Source of the DNA: Thelocarpon superellum
Lineage: Eukaryota
DNA: 52,159 nt
NCBI GenBank assembly: GCA_026025795.1
Contig: JAPEUG010000084.1
Coordinates: 1 to 52,159, forward strand
Reading direction: 5' to 3'
In this document: positions 24,018-37,000 of the stretch, one piece after another
How the letters are laid out: the number at the start of each line of letters is the position of its first letter
Numbering within the stretch: position 1 is the first letter of the stretch
Notes under the pieces: generated by a model
What the model was told of the DNA's origin: nothing
What the model saw: the letters and a program-made list of their open reading frames with translations, nothing else
Database searches by the model: none
Position numbers and translations under genes: made by a program

Positions 24018-24625
24018 GGCGGAAGCTGGAGCCGGCGCTTATGGACAGACGCCTTTGCTGGTGCCCATGACAGCTACTGTTGACTCGAGTAAGTCCCAGG
24101 TATCACAGCGCTTTCAGGTTATACGTCAGCCTGAGAGAGCTTCACGCAACATAGACCACTATGCTGCCATCAGCTCAAGCAAGAGCTTCGGCGAGCAGAC
24201 ACACCCAAGGCGCAGTTACTCGCGGGGGTTCGCCATAGTCAACGTTGACTGGCGCTTTGGTCGAGGATTGACGGGTCGAATAGGGTTAGACCGCTTTGCG
24301 CCGTGGTTGGCTCAGTCGCTCTGGACGGCGGCGGCCGCCGCCCGCCACAGCCCTGGCAAGACCCCGTCCGCCTCTCCACTCGCCAATGTTCCAGAGTCGA
24401 GTCGACAGATTATTTGCCGTCGGCGAAGTCATCGAATCTTTCGGTTGCTACCGCAATTGAACCCCACCACACGACTTTCCCTTCCTCCCACCTCTTCCTC
24501 CCGACCACCCACCCCACCCACCCACGTTTATCCGTGCCCTCTTTTTCTTTGGCCTACACGGTGGTCATACGGTGACCTCGTACGCGCGCGCGCTCTCTCT
24601 CTCTTTCTCGATCTAGTCGCCCAAC

Positions 24626-25369
24626 ATGGCGGATGACGATGCGCAGGTTCGTTGTGCCGAGATCTTCACGTCCCTGCCCCACTTTCATCCGAAAATCGTC
24701 CGTTGTTTGCCCGGCTGACCTCCACGCCCTTTGTCGCAGCATGATCACACTTTCGAGTCCGCCGATGCGGGCGCGTCGACCACCTACCCTATGCAGTGCT
24801 CGGCCCTGAGGAAGAACGGCTTTGTCTGCATCAAGAACCGCCCGTGCAAGATTGTGGAAATGTCCACTTCCAAGACGGGCAAGCACGGTCACGCCAAAGT
24901 CCATCTCGTCGCCATCGACATCTTCACCGGCAAGAAGCTCGAAGATCTTTGCCCCTCCACCCACAACATGGACGTGCCCAACGTGACCCGCAAGGAATAT
25001 CAGCTGGTGAGGCCCGGCTTCCTCGCTCTTCCCCGCGCCCCGCAGCACCCTCCCCTTCTGCAGACTCTCCCCACCTGCGATGTTCCCGACTGATGTGTCT
25101 GCGTGCGCGCCAGCTTGACATCTCCGACGATGGCTTCCTCAATCTGATGGCCGACGACGGCGAGACCAAAGACGACGTCAAGGCCCCTGACGGCGAGGTT
25201 GGCGACAAGATCGAGAAACTCTTCAAGACCGAGGAGAAGGACACCAGTAAGTGACGCGGTCTTCATTGCCACAGGCGAGGCATCTCCTAATCTTGGTGCA
25301 GACGTTATTGTCCTCACCGCTATGGGCGAGGAGGCGGCCATCGACGCCAAGGAAGCTCCTCGCTCGTAG
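24626..25369 (+). CDS. HYP2: Translation factor eIF5A
   Basis: Hypusination motif [12 protein letters not shown]. Exons 24626-24646, 24740-25006, 25114-25247 and 25302-25369. Confidence 0.97.
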
Positions 25370-25941
25370 AGCTTGGTCGATGCGGATCTCCGAAAGTACA
25401 CGGGCGGTCCGACACGATGACGGCACTGGCCTCCTGCGGCCCTGCCTCTGCCTTGCCGGCTTGACGGCAGATGGATCTGTTCTCGCGCTTTTGTGCTTTG
25501 CACTTATCATGGCGGTCTTGCGCTTCCTCTCCACCACTACCTCTTGGGTTCGCGCCTTCCATCCCACGTGTGCAATGACTCTCTTTGGGCAAAATATCCG
25601 CGTATCATGCAGATCCACGTGAGCATGTGCGACCTCCACGATGCCATGGACACATGCGCAATACAATCAAAGAATACTCTTATCTCTTCGTCCTCGTGCC
25701 GTTCGTAATGAAGTGTAACGTAGAATGGTCCAGATCTTAGCCGCTGGATTCGGGCCTTTGATTGGAAGTGTTGAGGTACGAGTTGAATTCAGTGTGGGGC
25801 ACATGTGACCTGTATCAGGCCATCGACATCGCGGGTCCCACCGTAGTTTCTCCCCATCAGCCTTATCCTCTGCACCGCCCTCTGCTAGCCCCCTCGCGAT
25901 CGGCGACATGATGAGGCACCGGCGCCGATCTTGCCTCTTAG

Positions 25942-27979
25942 ATGGACTATGTTCGGAATGACGTGTGTGGAGTCGACAATTGCCGGACCAACCTCTACTA
26001 CATTGAAGATGGCCTCTGGTTTTGCAAGAACGGCCACCGAAAGGAGGTCAGGCTTTACCAAGGTCTCCGCCTTGTCCAAAACTGACGCGACCACCAGGGT
26101 TTCATCGAAACGCAACCCGACGAGGATGATTTCGGCACACAGGGACGGAAGTCACGAAAGCAGAAAGAGGAGCGTGAAGCCATCGAGAAGGGTATCGTCG
26201 ACGCTCCACGCGTCTTGCCGCCGGGTGCTGACGGTTAATCACCAGGCCTTTCTGGTCCCAAGGCCTGGCACCTCTTTCTTTTCTGTTATCAGTTGATTCT
26301 ATGGAAGCAAGTGCACTGGCTGGTGCACGAGCAGGGATTTCCACCGGAGCTAGAGGTTCGATTGCAACAGCACCCAACTGCTCCAGTGGGATGTTGATTA
26401 TGTGATGCAGACTGTCGTCCGAGACCTCTGGGCATTACGTCTGCAGAAATTCCAATCCAAGGTGGAAGATGGCTCGGATTCCGAGTCGCAGCAGGTCTTC
26501 TACACATCCACCAGCCAGGACTCCGACTCCGCTCCTAACGACGGCCTCGCGACTGGACGAGCGAACGTAGTAGCTTCAAATTCCCCTCGACTGATCGATA
26601 CCCTGGGACTTTGCTATCTCGGGACGCTATTACTCCGACTGGCAGTCAGCTTGGGCGACTTTCACCAGTATGACGGGTCACCCGTTGTGCGTCACGCCGA
26701 TATATCTAATACCTTTCCAGATGGGTCAAGCTGGACGAGATTGTTTACTTTCGCGCCATCCACGCCATTCCGAAGAATGTGCGAGCCCCGCTGCCGGCAT
26801 CGTTCCAAACACAGTTGGATAGAAGAGTGAGTATTCACCCACGACTCGAACCTGGGCACGAGCTGATCGGCGCCAGGCCGCTCTGGCCCCAGGGAGACTC
26901 CATCGATCGGTCCGGGAATTAGCATCTCTTTACCAAGATGACTTTGACATCACGTTTCCGGCTCTCAATTTACCTTTGCTGCTGCTTCGATACATCAGAG
27001 AGCTGGCGATGCCTAGTATGCCGCGCAGGCTCACATTCGTATGTCAAGGCAGCCGCTGACAGTCACCTAGTATCGATCTATCCCGCGGTCATCCGACTAG
27101 CTCAGTCACTGGGCGTTACTTTCTCGGTTCATTCCTCTAGCCATCGCTTTCAGATCACGGATCCACCGGAGATACAGCTTATGAGCTTGGTGATCATTGC
27201 GGTCAAGCTTATCCACGGATTCGATTTGGTCGAGCGGCCGCCTCAGACAGAAACGGAGCCCGCGGCACTCGGCGTGGACTGGATTAAATGGCAAGAGGCA
27301 TTCGCCCATGGCCGCGCGCCAGCCATGGGAAGAAGCCATGTTACACGGGGGGAGGAGATCAACGCCACGGAAGAGACGATATTTCAAATGAAGGTTGAAG
27401 AGCTAGATCAGTACATGGACTGGTATGCGAAGACCTGGTTGGAAGATGACAAATCCAAAGGTAAGTGTCGACGCTTGAGTGATGAAGGGGTTGCTCTGAC
27501 GGACACTAGTGCCGCCTCAACTGCTCGACTTCTTTCCAATCGAACGATCACCGGTAGCTCAGCAGACTGGCGCTGAGGCAGAAGAGTCGGAAGTGAAAAA
27601 CGAAGACGCGACGGACAAGCTTAAATTGGTCTTCAAAAGCCTGAAGATCCGTCCGAACAGCACAGAGGGTGAAGCATCTCGTTCGAGTCGGCCAGGGAGT
27701 CATTATCGGCTCTATCGGACGGCTGAGGAATTACCGCCTTTTGCGGCCGCAGTCTACCACGAGGCGGCTAGAATCATCGGACTTGGTCTCAAGGAGCTCG
27801 TACGTGCTGTGTTCCTCACCGAGATCAAACTTCGGCGTGAGGCTGGGGGGGAGGCCGAACAAAACGGGGAAGGGGTGGATGCCGACGACGAATTTGTTGT
27901 AAGTGACGCCAGTGATGAGGGAGGCTCGCCACCGACGTCCGCGGAAGAAGCCGAAGAGGACGAAGATGGTAGATACTAA
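25942..27979 (+). CDS. RRN7: RNA polymerase I core factor subunit Rrn7 (TAF1B)
   Basis: N-terminal Zn ribbon CGVDNC...YYIEDGLWFCKNGH, then YQLILWKQVHWL...PPELETVVRDLWALRL, PEIQLMSLVIIAV and LDQYMDWYAKTW. Seven introns join in frame. Confidence 0.88.
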
Positions 27980-28422
27980 CAAGAGGGGTCACTCGGCCCT
28001 TCCAAAACGCGTGTAGATCGACGTGGATATCGGGTGAGGGCGTGTTGACAGATGCGCTGAGCCTTGAGTGAGGCTCTACCAATCAAGATCACCGGCTTCT
28101 ATCCTAATGCAGCGGAACTAATACTAACGTCGGACGTCTCAATGTTTTGCATTAATGGAATATCTCTTATCCCACATTAGTGCCCAGGGAGGAAATGCCT
28201 AATCGAGCAGCTTGCAGCTCCAAAATTCATGCATCGTGGAGTACCAGTAGATACTGCTTATGTAAGTGGAGGGTCGTTCGACTCGCGTCACATGATCTTC
28301 GCGTAGGGTAAAGCCCGGTCGTGGTCGAACCACTTCCATAGTACGAGCCGAGGCTGCGTCACGGCGAAATCATCATATCCACAACACTTCCAAGATTATC
28401 CGCGCCCAGCAAGGCCGCAAAG

Positions 28423-29104
<682 letters not shown>

Positions 29105-29229
29105 AGGGCCGGGGACATTTCGTATTGCGTTGGGGGAAGATGAAGGGGAAGGGAAGAAGAAACAAGTGGACGGGCTGTGCTTCATTGCTTGGTTTTGTGG
29201 TCGACGACTACCAGTAGGTACTTGCAGGC

Positions 29230-29275
29230 TCAATCAATCAGTCAATCAGTCAATCAATCAACCAATCAATCAACC
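29230..29275. repeat. Imperfect (TCAA)n microsatellite in the RPL40 3' region
   Basis: tcaatcaatcagtcaatcagtcaatcaatcaaccaatcaatcaacc read directly. Confidence 0.85.
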
Positions 29276-29632
29276 ATGCGGACATGCACAGCTCCATCGA
29301 TCGCTGTTGATTGAAGCGTACGGCTCACGGTAGCAGGGGATCTTGACGACTCGGACTCGGTCTCGGACAAGAAAATCATGTAACCTATGCCATGCGTATG
29401 AGTACAATCCCCACGACCAGAAGATACGAGATGATGGAATACAACACGGGGAGATATGGAAGACTCTGACCCCTTGGAGACCCTAGATAGACAGATCCCT
29501 TCCTTTCTTCCGTCCTTCCCTCCTCATCTTTCCCTTGATTTGATTCCCAGCCAGTCCAGTCCATTCCTGCCCTGTCCTGCCTTGTCTCGTCTCGCCCTGT
29601 CCCTAGTCTGGCCCTTCCTGCGTCCGTGGCAC

Positions 29633-30941
29633 TCACGAATCTGACTCGGGCTTGTCGGACGCGGGGCTATTGTGGCTGTGTCGTCCATCAAAGGGTCAGT
29701 CCAGTTCGTGTTGCCCATTGGATGAGGGATACGGGAGGAGACGAGGGGCGCAGGATAGAAGACAGCTGGGGGTACGTACGCGAAGAAGAGCACACGGATT
29801 GCAATCGCCAAGCCGGCATGTAGTGCAACGACGACGATGAGAAGTATCTTGGATGTTTTGATGTCCGTGGCGCTGAGGACCGGGTATCTTGATCGCGTGT
29901 CAGCCTGCGTCAAAAAAAAAGCTGGATCGGGTTCCCTACAGGTTGCGGAAGAGGAAGAGGCTTGAGAGCCCGAAGCCAATGGCCGTGAAGACCCAGTTGA
30001 GGACTGTGCTGATCAGTACGGCGTAGGATGGAAGGGAAAGAGGGGAAAGGTACTTGTCACGGGTGACCATGAGATCAACGCCACTGGGATCCAGATCATG
30101 TTGGCATAGCCATAGAGCGCCCAGCATTCCAGTAGATTTGCCGATTCGCTGCCAAACCACTTGAGAACCGCCCAGAGTGCGATTGGAATGACGCCTATGC
30201 CAAGGATCAGCTTGCCATTTCGACGGATGGAGTGGAACGGATAACGCACCTGTGTAGCCGTAGATCAAGCCCGCCGCTCCTGTAACGATACCATGAATGT
30301 TGTTCCTGACCGCGTCGATCACGAGCACGCTCACCGCTCAGCAGTTTGAAGTCATACGCAAAATGCTCCTCTCCCTTCATCGAGAGGTATTGACTGATGG
30401 TGCCGGTGAGAAAGAGAATGACGACGACGGTGGTGGCGATCCAGAAGGGCCCGTAGAGATCTGGATTGCCATCCATGACGTCGAGAAAGTTGGCTCGGGG
30501 GTACACGGCCGCGGCACATCGCTGCAGCACGGTGGTGGTGTCGACATCGAAGAACTGCGCGTAGAACGAGAGGGTCCAGAGGAAACGTTTGCTCGATCCT
30601 CCTGAAGGAGCTGAGGCCGGTGGAGGCAAGAACCCCGCTGGAGCAGATTGGTCAGGACGATGCACCAAGGGCAGACACAGGTGAGAGCCTACCTTGGTCC
30701 GGTGCAATCTTGTGCCGGTTCTGGCCATCGTCGAAGTCTGCTCCCCCATCAGCGACACTGCACGCGCGGAAGAGGTCTGACGCGCGACGCACTGGACGAG
30801 TGAAACTCGAGGTCCTCTTGAAGGTCGGTATGACCAAGGTCGCCCTGAATGCGAGTCAGATCGAGGGGGGCGAAAAGGAAGACGTCGCGCCAGTACCTCT
30901 TCATCGACATCGACGACCACATCGTAGCCACCTCCAGACAT
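29633..30941 (-). CDS. YIP5: Yip1-domain Golgi membrane protein (YIPF1/2, yeast Yip5-like)
   Basis: Motifs LWTLSFYAQFFDVDT, NPDLYGPFWIATT, ECWALYGYANMIWIPV and RNLYPVL, with five TM segments. Multi-exon; the last exon reads AHNSPASDKPESDS*. Confidence 0.85.
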
Positions 30942-31308
30942 TGTGAGAGGTTGCGACGACAGTTCCGTTCTTGCTCTCGATGAAGCTGCCTCGTCACTCG
31001 GTCGTTCCGCGCATCTCGCGTATCGTACACATGTTCATTGCGGCGGACCGAATTGCGTTGGAGCTTTCTATGGCCGCCGTAGCTGAGGGAACGACCTCCA
31101 CCATCGCCACCGACCGAACGTTCTATCACTTTCGAGCGTCCGGGTTGTCTTGCGTCTTGCGTCTTGCGTCTTGCCAAAGAATAAGTATTCGATGTTCTGA
31201 ACCCCGCCCCAAAGTCTGCGGTATGAGTAGTGGGAAGAGCCTAACATACTATAGAGTACTCGTACAGCCGATTTATCTGCAATGATACACAATCACCGTG
31301 GTGGACGC

Positions 31309-32791
31309 TTATGAGCCAACCCCCCACCAATACGACTGTAATCTTCGAAACATTGGATACAAGTATCGTTGTAGCCCAAAAACCGGGCTGTCCCCACCGT
31401 GCTTCCGTGCCCACCATGCCAAAACGCCAATCAGCACCGCCAGCCCGATCGATCCCGCCGGACGTCGGTATGCCCAGAGTCGGTTCAGGGTCTCTTGTCG
31501 TTGCTCTGCTTTACGCAGCTGCACCGCGAGCGTTTGGTAGAAGAAGGCGCCGTCACTCAGGCGCTGACGGGCCGCCACAGCGGGATCTCGCGCGGTTTTC
31601 AGGACGCTGGACCGCGGGATCTGCCGCCACGGTCTCAGCGATTCGGGCGGGTGGCGGTCCACCAAGGCGATGGCCTTGGAAAGGAGGTGTTCGAGATCCA
31701 GGGGCTTCGGCAGCTTGGAGAGGACCGAGTGTAGCATTTCCGGTTCATCCGGTGGGATTTCCAGCAGCTCCGCCTTGCGGTGCATCACGATCTGTTCCCG
31801 TCGTCAGCTTGGTCAGGTTGACCCGCGACCGGGGACAAGACTACGGACCTCGGCAAAAAGGTAAATGGAGAAGGAGGCTTCGCGGGCCAACAGAACATCA
31901 AAGAGACGCGCAATGTCTCCATATTCTTGGATATCATGCGCGTACAATGTCAGCGTCGCCGGCAAGGCGAAAAATGGCTGAGTCTGCGAGAGGTGGTGAT
32001 ACAGCGTCACGTCGGCAGCCTGGATGATCGATGGGAGGAGTCGAAGGTGGGTCAGGGCGGGCGATAAGGTGGGGAGCATGAAGTCACGAATGCGCAAGAT
32101 CGACAGACGCTCCACGGCCGACACAGCCGACTGGCGGCCAAGCACCAGCAGCAGCACTTGACAGATGTCGTGGAATCCCTGAAAGTAGCAAAGATAAGGA
32201 TGTCGTCGGAGCACCTCGGTGATCAGCTCGGACAGCTCCGCCTTTCGCCCGTTGAGCCCTTGGCTGGTTTGATCTGTGGTGGCGCCGCCCAGTCAGCCTT
32301 TGTGCATGCATTGGGGTGCGGAAGACCGTGCCGGTGGGATAGTAGATGAAGGACCGGTCAACGTCGAGCTTGACCTGACCCTCGTCTCGATGCTCCGGCA
32401 GGCGCTCCCAGGCCGACACCGGCCCCGAAGCCTCTTCCGCAGTACCATCGCTAGTACAGCCTAGCAAGATAGGCCCTGTGAGTGGTCAGCGAGGTTCGTG
32501 AGGTCGGGTGGTATAGCAACACGGACATGCTTGCCGTCGGATTTGGTCGGTGACCAAGCCGGACTCGGATACGGCCAACGCCGCCAACGACTCAAAGTCG
32601 TGGCGTTGGCAGGCGTCAAGGATGCCGCAGGTCTTCTGCGCTCGCGTCTCCGTGAGGCGGTGTCGATCGAAGCCTTCGCCGTCCGCGGCGGGGTCGGTAT
32701 CCGCGCAAGCCGGCACGGCATTGTCATCCCTCGGCGCGTCGGCCCGCGTTGGCGTCAGCGCCGACCCATTTGTTGGCTTGGATAAGCCCAT
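31309..32791 (-). CDS. GYP8: TBC-domain Rab GAP, Gyp8/TBC1D20 type
   Basis: GLVTDQIRRQAWPILL, R-finger QVKLDVDRSF, Q-finger YFQGFHDI, LRIRDFM, and a C-terminal TM (IGLAVLIGVLAWW). Three introns; the start ATG at 32791 is tentative. Confidence 0.88.
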
Positions 32792-34042
32792 GCTGACGGG
32801 AGGCACTGATCCCACTACTACGACGACGCTTTGTCCTGCGGGCCGAGGAGAGATGGGCCCATGACACCTCCTCGCCCTTCAAAGGAGTGCGAGAGGCAAG
32901 ATGCACGACGCAGCTCGTAGCCAAAAACGACGTGTCGCCTACTACTAGCCAATGGCAAATGTCAACGTCGGACTACGGTACTTCGTACAAAGCTTCCCTT
33001 CGCTGCCGGGTCGAGCGCTTCCGAGGTTATTGAAGAGCACCGGTTTGAGGGTAACCTCTGCACGACAGCTGACCTCTTCCTGGTCGGGGGTGTCTTGTCC
33101 ACGTCCCCCGCTGCTGCACAGCGCCATCTCCTGGACCCAGACGCGGAGCCAGCTGGCCAGCCAAATCGACGTCACATTCGCGGGGATGGCTACGGAAGGC
33201 GGGAACCCTGGGTAGCGAGAGTCAAAGTCGATCAAGCGTTGGTGCAGGACGCGGCCACGGATGCGTAGGGGACCACACACACGTGGGCTAGGTAGGAGTA
33301 CGTTAGTTAAGCCAGCATGGTACTCGTGCAGGTGGGAAAGCGACGGCAGTTCGCTGGATCGCCTTGGGCCTTAATGCCGGTTAAGCTCCTGGACGCCAAC
33401 ACGCCAGATCGACCAAGTTACCCGCACTTGCCGTTGTCTCCGGCATCGGCATCGGCATCGCCTTCCGATCTTCCGGGCTGATGGCACGGACCGGTGAATG
33501 GAGGGAAAGCGACCCATCACATCTCACCGCATCGTCGCCCGTCGACGGCGCGGCCTCCATTGCGTCGTGCAGCGCGTACTGCTCTCACGGCGAGGGGTGG
33601 CTTCATTCTGAGGCGGGCAGTGGAGGTGCCGGAGAATTGCCACTTGCTACGAGGCCCGCCGTCCAACCCAGGTTCAGGCCCCATCGGCCTCTGGTCGACA
33701 TCAGGCAAGATACCGGAGCTCACAGTGCTTCCGGATCTCGTTACCGTCTCCCGGTGGATCATTCGGTCGCTGCTGGGGATTCAATCCTAGTGGGGGCCGG
33801 GACTTGCCCCGCCCTGGGGCTCCATCGTTGCGTTCGTGAGAAGAACATATAAAGCGAAGGCTCATTCACTCTGCACGCCGCGTATCCTTTGTCCGGCACT
33901 TTGCCTTGTTTCACGCCAGACGGGCGGTATATTCACACGGTGTAGGCATCTCGCCGCACACCCGGTCATCTTCAAAGATCACATCGTCGTTATTGTCAAT
34001 CGTCGCGCGGACCGAGTGCGCATTGGATCCCCGATCACTACC

Positions 34043-37000
34043 ATGGCGCTCCAGACGCGGGTCATGGTGGACGGCGTGTGGACCACTCAAATCATCGACC
34101 TCCAAACGGTACTCAATGGAAACCAGGATCAGACCTTCAACCCCGCGTCCATGTTTGAGGCGATTGAGCGCCCCCCGGCCACCGCCGTCCTAACCCGTAC
34201 CGTGATTCCCAGCCCCCTGATCCGGTGGATCATCCCGGCGCGCATCCGTCACCAGGATCACAACGATGTTGTCTTCGTGGGAGTACGTCGTGGAATAGCC
34301 GCTCGCAATCCTCCCCCTGTCCGAGACGGATCTCTTGTGTGGCCTTGGGATGAGCTGACGAGCTGACGAGACGCAATCCAGGATGACTGGATCCAGATCA
34401 AAGAGCTGCACAACGATGGCCGGATGCTCGAGATTGTCTCGAAGCGCATCTTCAACGCCCCGATCCGTCATGCGCGAGCATTCGGAGACCCCATCACCCC
34501 CGGACCCGCGGCCCTCCCCGCCTCGTTGGCGTCCGCAGATAGCCCATCCGCCATCAAGAGGGAAAAGGATGACCCAAGCGTACCTCCCCATGTCCTGGTC
34601 CTCGCCTTAGACTCCGACTGTCTCGTCTTCCTTTACGCCCACGTGGAGCTCGACGGCACACTGGCCTTCCAGACCAGCATGCGAGCCTTGCCCGTCCAGC
34701 GCTCGCCTCTAGAGCGTGTCGGGAAACACATCGCCATCGACCCCAAGTCGCGCGCCATGGCGGTCTCGGCGCAACAGCATGCCTTCATCCTCTACGCCCT
34801 TCATCCCATGGCTCGCCTTCGCGAGACGATGGCGGGCGACGGTCTCCGAGACGGCACGGCTTTTCAACCCATTCGTGAGGAGCGACATCTCTTCGTTGAC
34901 GGTGTCATCCTTCGCATGGAGTTTCTTCACCCTGAGCCCGGCGACGAAGAGCATGTCATCCTCCTGCTCCTGGTCAGCAAAGACCAGGTCACGCGCATGG
35001 TCGTGTATGAGTGGGATTGTTCCACCCCGTTGCGCACCGCCAAGAAACCCAGCCCGAATGGCATTCCCATCGTCACCGGTAGGTCCCTGCATTCCCATCG
35101 ACCACCGCGAGTCCACTGACGCGTCGGCATAGTACATCGAATGCCGCTCTTGTTGATCCCCCTGATCATTCAATCCGCCTTCCTGGTGGTCTCCGAGGCC
35201 TGCATGTCCGTCTACCGTAACGTCCTGACGGGGGACCCGATCCGGATCTCCTCTGGTGACATGCGGGCCAAAGGACACCATGGTGCTAAACACGGTCCGT
35301 CCTCCTAGTCTAGAAGCCACCATGCTCTCCTTGAGTGAGGCGGCATGAGCTGATGTCGACAGCGGTCCGCTATACGGCATGGACGCGACCGACGCGGCGC
35401 CCCACCTACAGCCCCAGCCGTGATGACATCTACATCTGTCGCGACGATGGCGGCATCCTAATGGTCCAAACCGATGCCAAGGACATGAAACTCATCCGCA
35501 CTAAGGCGCCCATGGGCCTCGTCGATGGCAATGTCGATACCGCCTTTGCGAGTCTGGATGTGGGACTCAACCAGTCCGACGTGCTCATCGCCGGCGGGAG
35601 CATGAGTCCCGGAGGCATCTACTATGTCTGTCCCCTTCTTCCTTCCCCGTGCCTTGTGCCCTCTCCCTCGTTCTTCTCCGCCACCCTCCCCGTCGTCTTC
35701 CCCGTGCCCACGACGCCGACGTTGGAAGGCTGCCGTTGACAGGACGATAGTTCCGTGAGGACGAAGACCTGCCTTCACGCGCCGAGACGCTGGAATGTTG
35801 GAACCCGATGCGAGACTTCGCCACAGCCCCCACGACTATCGATCCCGTCGACATGGCCCAGCCTGGATTCAGTGCGGCCGCGGGCACCGCTGTCGCCCCG
35901 GTGCGACGTGATCGGGTCTTTGCCTGCGCGGGACGGGGTAGACATGCCTTCATCACAGAGCTGCGGCGCGGACTGGAGGCCCGCGTCGGGTCCATCATCC
36001 CTTATCATCCCGCCGTCAACCACGTCTGGAGCCTACCGGATTACATGTCCACGGGAGTGCACCTCTTGGTTTCGTTCCCCGTGCACGCTGAGCTGATATA
36101 TCTCGCGGCCGACGCGTCGACGGTCGAGCAGAGCGTGGAAGGGTGCGGCAGTGGGCTCGATCTGGATGTGCGCACCATCACCGCCGCCGGCTTTGGTGAA
36201 ATCGCCGTCCAGATTACGGAACGGTCAATTTGCGCAACGGCGCTTACGACACGACATCATCTGGTCCCTTGCGCGCCCTTCGTCACCGCCTGTGAGCCCG
36301 AGGAGTCCATCCTCAATGGCGCCCTACACCCCCCGAGCGCGAGCATAATCACTGCTATCCGCCGCGACGGCACGTTCCACCTACGCCTGGGACACCTCCA
36401 GAACAACAACACGTGCGTCGACCCCTGCGCGGTTTCGGCCCAGCTCCTTTGCAGCACGTGGCTGACTGGTCGTAGGAAGCTGTCGATCGTGGCGACCGCG
36501 CCAGCACTCGACCTTCCTTCAGAACCCACCTGCATGTCCGTTGAGACCATGTACGTTGCGCGCGGGTCCTCCCTCGGATGGAAGCATTGACCGTGACAGC
36601 GGCGTGGACGTATACCTCTTCGTCGCTACGACGCAGCGAACGCTTCACGTCTTCCGATGCGATGCCACCCACGGGCTTGTCTCCCTCCTCGAATGTGGTG
36701 AGGCATGATCGCTCCCAGGATTCCACCGTATCACGGAGACTGACCCACGCAGCATACCACGGGACTGGCGTGGACGACAGCTTCGCCCTCTGTGAGAGCA
36801 TCGTTTTGCTCAAACACGTTGGCGCATGCCACGACCCATCCACGCCCAATGTGCGCTTGGTCTGCGGCTTGCGGAACGGCCTCGTCGTGGTTCATGCCAT
36901 CCAATACGTGGAGCGGCAGGGTACGTGGGCCGTGATCTGCAGAGGCCACCCAACCCCACTTGGCGGGGATTACATGCAGGACTGACGCGTAGTGGCGATA

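Noticed and set aside
33610..33825. GC-rich hairpins and a minus-strand GGCAAGTCCCGG reminiscent of RNase MRP/P CR-I in the GYP8-MMS1 divergent promoter
   Set aside because: There is no matching CR-V able to form P4 and no SRP helix-8 motif. Short stems are expected at this GC content. An Rfam scan would settle it.
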